Source: Candidatus Daviesbacteria bacterium (GTDB taxonomy: Bacteria; Patescibacteriota; Microgenomatia; Daviesbacterales; UBA10151). Taken from it: a stretch of DNA of 64,000 bases. The notes under the pieces are model-generated. The model was not told where the DNA came from, ran no database searches, and worked only from the letters and a program-made list of their open reading frames with translations. The stretch covers positions 163,637 through 227,636 of the forward strand of contig JACPKM010000004.1 in assembly GCA_016187025.1 (NCBI GenBank), given 5' to 3'. Positions within the stretch are counted from its first letter, which is position 1; each line of letters starts with the position of its first letter. The position numbers and the translations under genes are program-made. Shown here piece after piece: positions 49,196 through 61,155 of this stretch.

Positions 49196-50502
49196 TTAAA
49201 CATCTGCTCAACTAGCTTATTAAACTTTCTGCCTCTGTCAAACTCATTTTGGAATAGATTGAATGAAGTTGCAGCCGGAGAGAAAAGCACTACATCTCCT
49301 GATTGAACAATTCTTTTTACATCAGTTAGTAATTGTTCAAGGTTATTATAAGTACCCATAATTTTATCTGATCTTTTAGTCAGGCCTTTAATTAACTCAG
49401 TTGAGTCTCCTTCCAAAAAAAACGCTTTTTTGACTTTCTCATCAAAGATTTTTGCATACTCATCATAAGGCATATTTTTGTTCATTCCTCCAGCAATCAA
49501 GATGCAATCAGGATACGACATTAAAGCCTTAATTCCTGCATCTGGTCCTGTAGAGGTTGTATCATTAATTATTTTTACCCCTCGCCAGGTTTTAATTAAC
49601 TGTTGTCTAAACGGCACACCGCTAAAATTTGATAATATTTTTAAAGCGAAAGTTTTACCTATACCAAAGACATCGCTTACTTTTAGTGCAGCCGCAATAT
49701 TGAGAAGATTGTGCTCACCTTTAATATTTGGCTCAAAATCTTGTGGTAAATCATCTAATGAAAAATAGTCAATTTTACCTTTAAAGTTTTCAGTAAACTG
49801 TTTTTTGCTTGTTACTGGGTCATTTCTTCTTAAGAATATAAAGTCATTCTGAGATTGGTATTTTCCAATAACATTTTTTGCTCTTATATATTCATCCATA
49901 GTTTGATAATAATTAAGGTGATCTGGGGTAATATTTGTAATAACAGCCCATTTGGGAGAAACTTGATGCCGATCAAAACTTTCTAAGTTAAAAGACGAAA
50001 GCTCTAAAATAACTATGGTTTCTGGTGTAACCTGATCTATAGTATCCAAAACACTTATTCCTATATTTCCTGCCAGGATAACAGGTAAGTTACTGGAGCT
50101 TAGAGCTTGGTATATTAAAGATGCGGTAGTGGATTTTCCTTTTGTCCCAGTTACCCCTATGATTTGGGAAGGTTTGACATATTCTAAAAATATTCCCATA
50201 TCCATCTCAACTCTTTTACCGATCTTTTTTGAATATTCTATAAACTCATTACCTGGTTTTACAGAAGGGTTTTTAATGATTAAATCCGCCCAATCAATGT
50301 CTTCGTTTCTGTGCTCTCCAAATACATATTCAATATCAGGAAAATCTCTTAGTAGATCAAGCGAAGGTTGAAGTAATTCTTTTGATTTTAGGTCAGTCAC
50401 GCGGACATGTGAGCCATTTTTAGCAAAAAACTTAGCACTCCCTACCCCACCTTGATTTAACCCAAGCCCAAAGATTAATACTTTCTTTTCCTTAAAGTCC
50501 AT
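49192..50502 (-). CDS. murD: UDP-N-acetylmuramoyl-L-alanine--D-glutamate ligase
   Basis: VLIFGLGLNQGG...GVTGTKGKSTT P-loop; Mur ligase domains. Confidence 0.85.
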   Translation of the reverse strand: MDFKEKKVLIFGLGLNQGGVGSAKFFAKNGSHVRVTDLKSKELLQPSLDLLRDFPDIEYVFGEHRNEDIDWADLIIKNPSVKPGNEFIEYSKKIGKRVEMDMGIFLEYVKPSQIIGVTGTKGKSTTASLIYQALSSSNLPVILAGNIGISVLDTIDQVTPETIVILELSSFNLESFDRHQVSPKWAVITNITPDHLNYYQTMDEYIRAKNVIGKYQSQNDFIFLRRNDPVTSKKQFTENFKGKIDYFSLDDLPQDFEPNIKGEHNLLNIAAALKVSDVFGIGKTFALKILSNFSGVPFRQQLIKTWRGVKIINDTTSTGPDAGIKALMSYPDCILIAGGMNKNMPYDEYAKIFDEKVKKAFFLEGDSTELIKGLTKRSDKIMGTYNNLEQLLTDVKRIVQSGDVVLFSPAATSFNLFQNEFDRGRKFNKLVEQMFK

Positions 50503-51037
50503 TTTCTCTTAGCCTTTCTGATACTTTGTTCACTATCTCTTTTCTTATTTCCACTTGTCCTTCGTCTAACATCTGTGCCCATGTTTTATTAGAGTTTTTA
50601 GGAATAAAGATTGGATCCCATCCAAAGCCGGATGTTCCTTGGGGCTTTTGCGCGATATATCCTTCAACTTTATGGGTAAATAGTTCAAGTGAAGTTCCAT
50701 CATATAAACCAAAGCAGAATTCTGCAATAGCTGTACGATCATCAAGTCCATTTAGTAGTTTACACAATCCCTCGTTTCCGACCTCTTTTAAAAACCATTT
50801 AATTAAAGGTCCAGGTAGTTTACCTAGAGCGTTGAAAATAAGTGAGGTGTCTTCTATTAAGACAGGTTGACCAAGATGGCTAAAAGCTGATTTTGCTTTG
50901 TGCTCGACTATTTCTTCTACATTAAGTGACTGAATTTCTGTTACATCAAGGTCATAGTGTTCTATTGGAAAATCGATATAGTGTGTCAAATCATTAAATT
51001 TATCTTTATTGCCGGTTACAAAAGTAATAGATTTCAT
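50492..51037 (-). CDS. Non-canonical purine NTP pyrophosphatase (HAM1/RdgB family)
   Basis: FVTGNKDK and GFGWDPIF motifs. Confidence 0.8.
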   Translation of the reverse strand: MKSITFVTGNKDKFNDLTHYIDFPIEHYDLDVTEIQSLNVEEIVEHKAKSAFSHLGQPVLIEDTSLIFNALGKLPGPLIKWFLKEVGNEGLCKLLNGLDDRTAIAEFCFGLYDGTSLELFTHKVEGYIAQKPQGTSGFGWDPIFIPKNSNKTWAQMLDEGQVEIRKEIVNKVSERLRENGL

Positions 51038-52308
51038 GATACTAATTTCCTTGCTAAAGTATCTATATCTCCTGCTCCCATGAAAAACAAAATATCACCA
51101 TCTTTTATCTCTTTACCCAAAGTTTCTCTTAACTCCTCAGGATTATTATATTTTATGTGTGATTTATTAATCGCTTGGGCAAGTTGTTCTGACTTCACTA
51201 AACCGTTATCCACTTCTCTGCTTGGATAGATATCCAAAATTACAATACTATCAACTGGTAGAGTTCTAAATACCTTTACAAATTCATTAAATAAAGCTTT
51301 AGTTCTAGAAAACATGTGAGGCTCATAAAATAACCAAATTCTATTTTTAGGAAATTTTTCTCTTGCTGCTTGCATTGTTACCTTAATCTCCGTTGGGTGA
51401 TGACCAAAATCTGAATAAACCTTTGCGCCTCTGTATTCTCCTAGATATTCAAACCTTCTGCCAATACCTTGGAAAGTAGACAGAGTATGGTTTATGGTAG
51501 ATGGTTCAATGTTTAGTAATAAACCAACTTGCTGTACTGCTCTAGCGTTTAAGATATTATAAATACCTGGAATTTTCAGAGTAAACATAAATTCATTTTT
51601 AGAGAAATCAAGACAAGTGATGCTACTTTCTTTCATAACATCTTTTAAAAGGTGGGCTATATTTTCATCCATTAAATTGCCTACAATATAATTTTTAGTC
51701 TGCAGGAAAAACTTTTTGTAAGATTCTTTTAGCTGCTCAAAGCTTTTAAAATATTCTGGATGATCCATTTCTATATTTGTAACAACTGTAATGTCGGGAT
51801 GGTAATTTAAAAAGTTATCATTAAACTCATCTGCTTCTACCACAAAATATTTACCTTCCCCTATTCTAAAGTTTGCACCCCATTCCGGTACGATAGCGCC
51901 TAATTCTACTGTTGGATCAAGGCCTGCTTTTTCAAGCATTAGCCCAATCATAGCAGTGGTGGTGGACTTACCATGTGTGCCGCAAACTGCAATCACAATT
52001 TTACCCTTCATTAAATACTTTCCCATAAACTCCTGCCAGGATAAAATTTGAATCCCCCTTTTTCTTGCTTCTTCTAACTCTGGGTTTTTTGGATCTAAAT
52101 AGGTAATAGCTGGTGTGATGACTAAAAGGCCAATATCTTTTATATGCTCTGGAGAATGACCGCTTTGCAGCATACTTTTGTCAAAACCGGTTGTAAACTC
52201 ATTATGAGGATGTATATCACAGCCTGTTACCTCAAAACCTTGTGATGTTGCAATTGCTGCAGCAGCTGAGGCTCCACTTCCTCCTATACCAAGAAAATGT
52301 ATTTTCAT
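51034..52308 (-). CDS. murC: UDP-N-acetylmuramate--L-alanine ligase
   Basis: IHFLGIGGSG...GTHGKSTTTAMI. Confidence 0.85.
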   Translation of the reverse strand: MKIHFLGIGGSGASAAAAIATSQGFEVTGCDIHPHNEFTTGFDKSMLQSGHSPEHIKDIGLLVITPAITYLDPKNPELEEARKRGIQILSWQEFMGKYLMKGKIVIAVCGTHGKSTTTAMIGLMLEKAGLDPTVELGAIVPEWGANFRIGEGKYFVVEADEFNDNFLNYHPDITVVTNIEMDHPEYFKSFEQLKESYKKFFLQTKNYIVGNLMDENIAHLLKDVMKESSITCLDFSKNEFMFTLKIPGIYNILNARAVQQVGLLLNIEPSTINHTLSTFQGIGRRFEYLGEYRGAKVYSDFGHHPTEIKVTMQAAREKFPKNRIWLFYEPHMFSRTKALFNEFVKVFRTLPVDSIVILDIYPSREVDNGLVKSEQLAQAINKSHIKYNNPEELRETLGKEIKDGDILFFMGAGDIDTLARKLVS

Positions 52309-53054
52309 TTTTGCTTCATTAATAAATTCGCTATTTTTAACTCCTCCGGAGTATTAATACCTACCCATTCTGCAGGGTTATCTAGCTTATACAAGCTGAT
52401 TTTGTCCCTATTTTGACGGGCAATTTCTAACAGATCTGTTAATAGATACTCCCCATTTTCGCTCAGTGATACCTTACCAATATTTTCCTTGGTCCAAGCA
52501 AAATCAAAAACGTATGCCCCGCAGCCTATTTCATTGCTTTTTTTACCTGAGTTTATATAACGGAAGTTCTCCACGATCTCTAAAAAGTTTCCGTCTTTAT
52601 CCCTGAATATCTTTGCAACTGTGTTGTCTTCCTTTTTAATTAAAGTCATCATAGTAATGCTTGGCTTGTGTTTCAAATGAGAGCTTATGAATTTAGTTAA
52701 AGTTTGTTTAGAATAAAATACTGAATCATCTGCACCTACTACCAGTATTGCATCCGGTGAGCCTTTTATCTCTTCCAATGCACACTTTACTGCATCAGCT
52801 GTCCCAAGAGGTGTTTGTTGATATACAAAGTTTAGATTAAATTGTTCCTCGATCTGTTTTTTTACTAAATCTCCCTGATATGATATGACAACGTAAATAT
52901 TTTTTGATGAGATAACTTTTGAGAGGTTGTTTATAGAATGAAAAACCATTGGTTTGTCTGCCACAGGATGTAGTACCTTTACAAGGTCGGCTTTCATCCG
53001 GGTTCCCTTTCCAGCAGCCATGATTACCGCAGCAATATTTTGATTTAAACTCAT
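52305..53054 (-). CDS. GlmU-like sugar-1-phosphate nucleotidyltransferase (N-terminal pyrophosphorylase domain only)
   Basis: AAVIMAAGKGTRMKADLVKVLHPVADKPMV and LGTADAV match the GlmU N-domain. The left-handed beta-helix acetyltransferase domain is absent. Confidence 0.6.
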   Translation of the reverse strand: MSLNQNIAAVIMAAGKGTRMKADLVKVLHPVADKPMVFHSINNLSKVISSKNIYVVISYQGDLVKKQIEEQFNLNFVYQQTPLGTADAVKCALEEIKGSPDAILVVGADDSVFYSKQTLTKFISSHLKHKPSITMMTLIKKEDNTVAKIFRDKDGNFLEIVENFRYINSGKKSNEIGCGAYVFDFAWTKENIGKVSLSENGEYLLTDLLEIARQNRDKISLYKLDNPAEWVGINTPEELKIANLLMKQK

Positions 53055-53074
53055 TGAAGGAAATTATAGCAAAT

Positions 53075-55087
<2,013 letters not shown>

Positions 55088-55159
55088 TTAGCACATAAAG
55101 CAAGCATTAGCAAATATCTGTGATTAAATTAGGTTGCTCTAACAAGCTAATCAGCTATT

Positions 55160-55798
55160 TCAGGTTGGCAGAACCAAAAAAAGATATTCTAAGACTGCTC
55201 TGATGTTTACATTCGATTCTTTCCATTTTTCAGCCTCCTGTAAATGCTTGAGGAATAAGATAACTTTTTTCTCCTGTGGATTTTTTGCCAATTTTTCATG
55301 AAATATCTCTGTCAAACACAGTAGAATCAGATCCCTTTCTTTGGTTTGTTCTATAAAGGCAAACTGTTCTACCAGAGTAGATGTTAGTATTTTTTCTACC
55401 TCTGCTTTTAACCTTTGCTCTTTTTGTGTTTGGTTAATTTTTAAAAATTCAATTTGACATCTTGATAAAACAGTTGGCAAAAAATTTGATTGACCACGGG
55501 CTCCTATTAAAAAAGATGTATTCTCTGGTAACTCTTCCAAGGTTTTAAGGAGGGCATTTTGAGCCTCAGTAGTAAAATTTTCTCCACCTTCAACAATTAC
55601 TACTTTTCCTTTGGCCTCTAAGGGTTTGGTTGAAAGATGATTTTTAATCTTTTTTGCCTGATCTATGCCAAGTTTTACATCTTTTTCCAAATATAAAATA
55701 TCCGGATGGTTTCTTTTGAGGCCAAGGTCAAGCAGCAGTTTATTAATTTGTTCTTCTAATTGTTGGGGGGATTTAGAAATTAAAACTTTTGCAATCAC
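55160..55798 (-). CDS. Short DNA polymerase III delta-prime (clamp-loader) like protein
   Basis: GKVVIVEGGENFTTEAQNALLKTLEE and PTVLSRCQ (SRC motif). At 212 aa it lacks the N-terminal P-loop region. Confidence 0.5.
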   Translation of the reverse strand: MIAKVLISKSPQQLEEQINKLLLDLGLKRNHPDILYLEKDVKLGIDQAKKIKNHLSTKPLEAKGKVVIVEGGENFTTEAQNALLKTLEELPENTSFLIGARGQSNFLPTVLSRCQIEFLKINQTQKEQRLKAEVEKILTSTLVEQFAFIEQTKERDLILLCLTEIFHEKLAKNPQEKKVILFLKHLQEAEKWKESNVNIRAVLEYLFLVLPT

Positions 55799-55846
55799 AC
55801 TTAACCCTTTTTAGCACAAATTCCTGGGTAAAACAATAATTTGTAA

Positions 55847-55875
55847 TTGACACTTTGGAAGAGTTTGCCCATAAT
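55847..55875 (+). promoter_or_regulatory. Near-consensus sigma70 promoter of the pilB-pilT-pilC operon (TTGACA-N17-CATAAT)
   Basis: Perfect -35 hexamer and a 5/6 -10 box, with exactly 17-nt spacing. Confidence 0.5.
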
Positions 55876-55910
55876 GAAAATAGGTCCTGTTGAATGCAGG
55901 AAATTTGATT

Positions 55911-57629
55911 ATGCTTGATACTACTGCCCAAAAAAATGGTAATACTAGTTTGGAAGATATTTTATTTGAACAGGGATTGCTAACTAAAGACCAGCTGGCC
56001 ACTCTTAAGTTAGAAAGCATTAATTCCGGTCAGCCAGTAGAAAAGATTTTAATCCAGCATAACTTAGTTCCCTATGAAAAGATTATTCAAGCTAAGGCTC
56101 AGCTTTGGAACATTCCCTATGTGAGGCTAGAGGGTAAAGCGATTGCATCTGATGCTTTAAATTTAATACCAGAAGGAGTAGCAAGAAAAAATAAATTAAT
56201 TCCCTTTGGGCGCAGCAACGATCAGTTGTGGGTGGCAATGGCAGATCCACTGGATGTTCAAGTAATTCAGTTTATTGAGAAAAAAAGCGGAATGAGGATA
56301 AAGCCTTTTTTAGGTCTGCCCGAAGATATTGTAAAAGCAATTAATGATCAGTACTCACAAAGCTTAACATCGGATGTAACTTCGGCTTTAAAAGAAGTGG
56401 CCTCAGTGAGACAAGACATACAAACAGAGTTAACTCCGGAAGTAATTAGAGAAGCTCCGGTTTCCAATATTGTTAATCAGTTGGTGGAATATGCAGTAAA
56501 AACCAGGTCATCAGATATTCATATTGAACCCATGGAAGATCATACAAGAGTAAGATACAGAATTGACGGTATCTTACACGAGAAGATTCTTCTTCCCCGG
56601 GGGGTTCATGATGCTTTAGTTTCTAGGGTAAAAATCTTGGCTATATTAAAAATAGATGAAAAAAGACTTCCTCAAGACGGAAGGTTTACTTTTAACTATG
56701 GTAAAGAAGTGATAGATTTGCGTATTTCCATTATACCAACTGTGTTTGGTGAGAAAGTAGTCATGAGGTTATTACCCAAATCCAGCGCTGCTCCGACCCT
56801 AATTGAGCTGGGGCTGCGGGGCTCCTCCTTAAAAAGCTTTGAGGTTCAACTTTTAAGAACCCATGGTATTATCTTAGTCTGTGGTCCGACCGGTTCAGGT
56901 AAAACTACTACTCTTTATTCGGTTTTATCAAAAGTATCTACTACCAAAGTAAATGTTTTGACAATTGAGGATCCAGTTGAGTATCAGATTCCAGGCGTTA
57001 ACCAGGTCCAGGTTAATCCGCCTATCGGACTTACATTTGCTGCAGCTTTAAGAAGTTTTTTACGGCAAGACCCAAATACCATAATGGTTGGAGAGATCCG
57101 GGATACTGAAACAGCTGAGTTGGCTGTTCAGGCAGCATTGACCGGCCACCAGGTATTTTCAACAGTCCACACTAACTCAGCATCAGGAGCTGCCCCAAGA
57201 CTTTTGGATATGGGTGTAGAAACATTTTTACTTACCTCAGCATTAAATGCAGTGTTAGGGCAGCGGGTTGTAAGACAGGTTTGTCTTCATTGCCGTATTG
57301 CGTATGATCCACCCCAGGAAGTTGTTGAAAACGTTAAGTCATCATTGGGCCAGCTATTTCCCGTTAAAAGTGCGGATAACTTTAAGCTTTATAAGGGCCA
57401 GGGATGTAAAGAATGTAATAATGTTGGTTATTTGGGAAGAATTGGGATATTTGAGGTGTTGGTGGTAACTGATAAGTTAGCAAAGCTGATACTACAGCAT
57501 TCCTCAGCATCAGAGATAGAAAAAGAGGCTATTTCAGAGGGTATGATTACAATGAAACAGGATGGTTACTTAAAAGCCCTGGAAGGTATAACCACACTTG
57601 AGGAGGTATTAAGAGTTGCGCAGGATTAA
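55911..57629 (+). CDS. pilB: Type IV pilus assembly ATPase (GspE/PilB family)
   Basis: N-terminal GSPII_E_N-like domain, Walker A GPTGSGKTT, and tetracysteine CLHC...CKEC. I prefer the ATG at 55911, preceded by AGGAA 8 nt upstream, over the listed TTG at 55890. Confidence 0.8.
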   Translation: MLDTTAQKNGNTSLEDILFEQGLLTKDQLATLKLESINSGQPVEKILIQHNLVPYEKIIQAKAQLWNIPYVRLEGKAIASDALNLIPEGVARKNKLIPFGRSNDQLWVAMADPLDVQVIQFIEKKSGMRIKPFLGLPEDIVKAINDQYSQSLTSDVTSALKEVASVRQDIQTELTPEVIREAPVSNIVNQLVEYAVKTRSSDIHIEPMEDHTRVRYRIDGILHEKILLPRGVHDALVSRVKILAILKIDEKRLPQDGRFTFNYGKEVIDLRISIIPTVFGEKVVMRLLPKSSAAPTLIELGLRGSSLKSFEVQLLRTHGIILVCGPTGSGKTTTLYSVLSKVSTTKVNVLTIEDPVEYQIPGVNQVQVNPPIGLTFAAALRSFLRQDPNTIMVGEIRDTETAELAVQAALTGHQVFSTVHTNSASGAAPRLLDMGVETFLLTSALNAVLGQRVVRQVCLHCRIAYDPPQEVVENVKSSLGQLFPVKSADNFKLYKGQGCKECNNVGYLGRIGIFEVLVVTDKLAKLILQHSSASEIEKEAISEGMITMKQDGYLKALEGITTLEEVLRVAQD

Positions 57630-57632
57630 GCT

Positions 57633-58685
57633 ATGATTATATCTCAGCTACTGGAACTAACGATTGCTAGAAATGCCTCTGACTTGCATCTTTCAGTGGG
57701 TTTTCAACCTACCCTCAGGATACATGGAGACCTTGTTCCTATTCAGGGTACAGAGCCAATTACTCCATCTGTAATAGAGAGCTTGATAATCCCACTTTTA
57801 AACAAAGTGCAACTGGATATATTCAACGAGAAATGGGAGCTTGATTTTTCTTATGCTTTAGGAGATAAGGGTAGATTTAGGATTAATTTATACCGTCAAA
57901 AAGGTAATGCTGCTGCAGCTTTAAGGCTTATTCCTGCTAGAATTCCTCCTTTGGAAGAGTTGGGGTTTCCTGATGTGGTTGCAAAGTTGTCTGATCTTAG
58001 GCAGGGCTTTGTACTTGTAACCGGCCCTACAGGGCATGGAAAGTCCACTACTTTGGCCTCTCTAATAAACAAAATTAACCTAAACCGGGCTGCACATATT
58101 GTAACTATTGAAGATCCAATTGAGTATGTATACCCCATGGGTAAATCTTTGCTGGAACAAAGAGAGATGTTTCTGGATACCAAAAGCTGGAATAATTCTT
58201 TAAGAGCGCTGCTCCGGGAAGATCCGGATGTGGTATTGGTTGGTGAGATGAGGGATTTGGAGACTATTTCTTCAGCTATAACCGTAGCAGAAACCGGACA
58301 TTTGGTTTTTGCCACCCTGCATACAAACTCTGCTGCCCAATCTGTTGACAGGGTGATTGATGTATTTCCGGAAGCACAACAACCGCAAATACGCTTACAG
58401 CTGGCATCAAACCTGGAAGCAATCATCTCTTTAAGGCTTGTACCAACAATTAATCCAGGCAGGACAATTGCCAATGAGATACTTTTTGCCACCCCTGCTG
58501 TAAGAAATATCATCAGAGAGGGAAAAACTTATATGATTGACAATTTAATTCAAACCTCAGCAGAGTTAGGAATGATTTCTTTGGAAAGCTCTTTGGCCAA
58601 CTTAGTCAAAACAGGAAAAATTTCCACTGAGACTGCAACATCTTTTGCGCTGCGTCCTGATGTGTTAGCTAAATTACTCAAATAA
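57633..58685 (+). CDS. pilT: Twitching-motility retraction ATPase
   Basis: LVTGPTGHGKSTT, and 350 aa without an N-terminal extension. Confidence 0.85.
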   Translation: MIISQLLELTIARNASDLHLSVGFQPTLRIHGDLVPIQGTEPITPSVIESLIIPLLNKVQLDIFNEKWELDFSYALGDKGRFRINLYRQKGNAAAALRLIPARIPPLEELGFPDVVAKLSDLRQGFVLVTGPTGHGKSTTLASLINKINLNRAAHIVTIEDPIEYVYPMGKSLLEQREMFLDTKSWNNSLRALLREDPDVVLVGEMRDLETISSAITVAETGHLVFATLHTNSAAQSVDRVIDVFPEAQQPQIRLQLASNLEAIISLRLVPTINPGRTIANEILFATPAVRNIIREGKTYMIDNLIQTSAELGMISLESSLANLVKTGKISTETATSFALRPDVLAKLLK

Positions 58686-58694
58686 CTTATTTAT

Positions 58695-59897
58695 ATGGCT
58701 GAATATACATATAAAGCAAAGGATTTAAAAGGGGTTGAGCATATTGGTGAGATAAAGGCTTCTGACCAGCATATGGCAGCATTGGTCCTTCGTAAGAGAG
58801 GCTTGGTTGTAATCACTCTTTCATCCGGTAAAACGTCTACACTGGGTTTTTTAGATCAATTCTTTAACAAAGTGAGTTTTACGGAGTTAGTGGTAATGAC
58901 CAGGCAGCTTGCTACGATGGTAAGTTCAGGATTGGTACTGTCACAAGCAATAGATATATTAGAAGAACAGCAAACAAATAAAAGATTAAAAAAAATTCTG
59001 GGGGAGATGTCTCAAGACATTAAAGGAGGGTTAAGTTTGGCTCAATCTATGGGTAAATTCCCGGAAGTTTTTCCACACTTGTATATAAATTTAATCAAAA
59101 GCGGAGAAACATCCGGAAAACTGGATAAAGTTTTGATGCAAATGGCTGATGGTTTGGAGAAGGACCGTGAGTTTAAAGCCAGGATCAAGGGGGCGCTAAT
59201 TTATCCGGTGATAGTTATTTCGATGATGGTTGTAGTAATGATTATTATGATGGTGTTTGTTATCCCCAGGTTAACAAATTTGTATGAGCAGTCGGAGATG
59301 GAGTTGCCTTTGCCAACTAAAATACTAATTGGGGTATCTAACCTTTTTCTTAATTACTGGTGGTTGATGATAGCTATAGTTATCGGTGGTGTGATTGGAA
59401 TAAACCGCTGGTCAAAAACCCCTGATGGGCAGGTTAGGTTAGACAGTCTCAAATTAAAGATTCCGGTTGCAGGAAAAATTATTGCCTATTCTATTTTGAC
59501 CAACTTTAACCGGACTTTTGGGCTGTTAGTTTCTGCCGGTATTCCTTTACTTGAGGCTATTGGAATAGTTACAGAACAAATTGATAATTCAGTGTATAAA
59601 ACTTCTCTTAAAAATGCCTATAAAGGGGTTGAAAGAGGCCTTGCTTTTTCATCCTTACTACAGGATAACGTTTTCCCCCGCCTTATCCCGCAGATGATCA
59701 AAGTTGGTGAAGAAACAGGTAAAGTGGATGAAATTTTTTTCAAACTGGCTGATTATTTTGAATCAGAAACAGACCATTTGGTAAAAAATCTGACAGTTGC
59801 AATTGAACCGGTAGTATTGGTAATTTTGGGAATTGGAGTAGGATTTGTGGTGATGTCTATTATCTTGCCTATCTACAAATTGACTACATCTTTTTAA
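58695..59897 (+). CDS. pilC: Type IV pilus inner-membrane platform protein (GspF/PilC family)
   Basis: Duplicated GspF domains, 3 TM helices, 400 aa. Confidence 0.85.
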   Translation: MAEYTYKAKDLKGVEHIGEIKASDQHMAALVLRKRGLVVITLSSGKTSTLGFLDQFFNKVSFTELVVMTRQLATMVSSGLVLSQAIDILEEQQTNKRLKKILGEMSQDIKGGLSLAQSMGKFPEVFPHLYINLIKSGETSGKLDKVLMQMADGLEKDREFKARIKGALIYPVIVISMMVVVMIIMMVFVIPRLTNLYEQSEMELPLPTKILIGVSNLFLNYWWLMIAIVIGGVIGINRWSKTPDGQVRLDSLKLKIPVAGKIIAYSILTNFNRTFGLLVSAGIPLLEAIGIVTEQIDNSVYKTSLKNAYKGVERGLAFSSLLQDNVFPRLIPQMIKVGEETGKVDEIFFKLADYFESETDHLVKNLTVAIEPVVLVILGIGVGFVVMSIILPIYKLTTSF

Positions 59898-59950
59898 AAG
59901 ACAATCTCATTTGACATAAATTAGTAAAAAGTGGTTTAGTTAAATTAGCT

Positions 59951-60625
59951 ATGACAAAGATACAAAAAAGGTTACTCATAATTTTTTTGCTGCTGCCGGT
60001 TATAGTTGTTGCGGGTGCTTTCATTTACACCCTATGGCAGGATTACTTTCCCGGTGAGCAAAAGCTGAAGACTACAGAGGCTAAACCTCAACAATCTTTA
60101 AGGTTTCCTGTTACCTATTCTTCTATAATACCAGGGTGGAATCTGTTATCGACCCTCTCCAATGACAAAGATAGTAATAACTATCAGAATATTAAAAATG
60201 CACATCAGGAATTTGAACAAATCCTAGCCTCCTGGGGCCTGTGGAATCAAGATGCTGTTTATACTAACTCCGGCTCTTCCCCTGTTACGGTAAAGAGTTT
60301 AGAGATTAAAGCAGTTACAGAGCCAAAACACTTATTCCGGTCTTTTAACAAGGACCAAGTTCTTGAAGCAGCAGTAAGTGAAGAATATGATTTATCCAGC
60401 CAGAAACTGACCCTGTTACTATTTGTTTCACCTACGCTTCTGGAAGGTGACTTTGAGGGACAGGGAGGAATGCTTTCTGCAAAGATCAACAAGATAACCC
60501 TGGCAAGGCTTTATCAGCTGACCCATAAAGATATCTCCGAAGAGCAGGCTTTGCCAACAGCAGAAAACTTAATGTTAAATAAGTTGGCCAGACAGCAACT
60601 GTTTTATCTGGTCAGAAGAAACTAA
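59951..60625 (+). CDS. Hypothetical bitopic membrane protein downstream of pilC (possible pilus assembly accessory)
   Basis: A single N-terminal TM helix. Only its position suggests a role. Confidence 0.3.
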   Translation: MTKIQKRLLIIFLLLPVIVVAGAFIYTLWQDYFPGEQKLKTTEAKPQQSLRFPVTYSSIIPGWNLLSTLSNDKDSNNYQNIKNAHQEFEQILASWGLWNQDAVYTNSGSSPVTVKSLEIKAVTEPKHLFRSFNKDQVLEAAVSEEYDLSSQKLTLLLFVSPTLLEGDFEGQGGMLSAKINKITLARLYQLTHKDISEEQALPTAENLMLNKLARQQLFYLVRRN

Positions 60626-60628
60626 TAA

Positions 60629-61123
60629 TTGACTGCAAGATCGGTTCAGGAATACAATGAACACATGAAAAATCTTAACAAAAAAAGATTATTCTTCCCA
60701 GTCTTTCTAGCCCTAGCTTTAGGTACTTCCTGGATCTCTTACCAGAATGGTTTGAGCCAAGGTATGGAAGAGGCCAAATCTTTTCAACCAAAACAATCTG
60801 TTCTAGCCTCAAAGATAAGGATAGGGCCTGACTCTATAGTAAAAACCCAGCAGGCTTTAGCAGTGGGAAGAATCACCAATAAAGACAATGATGGTATTAC
60901 CTTGCGCGGTGAGGATGGAAAAGAATCTACCTTCAAACTCTCCCCTGATGTAAGTGTCTATACAAATTCCACTTCTTCAGCCTCTCCTCCTAAACCAACA
61001 AAAGAGAAAGCTGCAATTAAGCTAAACCAAAAGGCTATAATTGATTTACAACTTCAAGGAGAAGAATATTTAGTGATAAATATTTCATATATTCCAGAGG
61101 ATCCTACAGTAAAGAAACCATAG
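60629..61123 (+). CDS. Hypothetical bitopic membrane protein
   Basis: N-terminal TM helix. There is no prepilin G-F/T-L-I-E motif. Confidence 0.3.
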   Translation: MTARSVQEYNEHMKNLNKKRLFFPVFLALALGTSWISYQNGLSQGMEEAKSFQPKQSVLASKIRIGPDSIVKTQQALAVGRITNKDNDGITLRGEDGKESTFKLSPDVSVYTNSTSSASPPKPTKEKAAIKLNQKAIIDLQLQGEEYLVINISYIPEDPTVKKP

Positions 61124-61155
61124 GCTTGGGCTGAAAGAGTAAATATCGCTGGTTA

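Noticed and set aside
57896-58513. 205-aa minus-strand ORF inside pilT, and similar long antisense ORFs at 27335..27934 inside purB, 39420..39809 inside the HK-like gene, and 8435..8983 across the kef/tgt junction
   Set aside because: Each is antisense to a gene with strong family motifs and has Ser/Ile/Leu-rich or otherwise biased composition. They are typical shadow ORFs.
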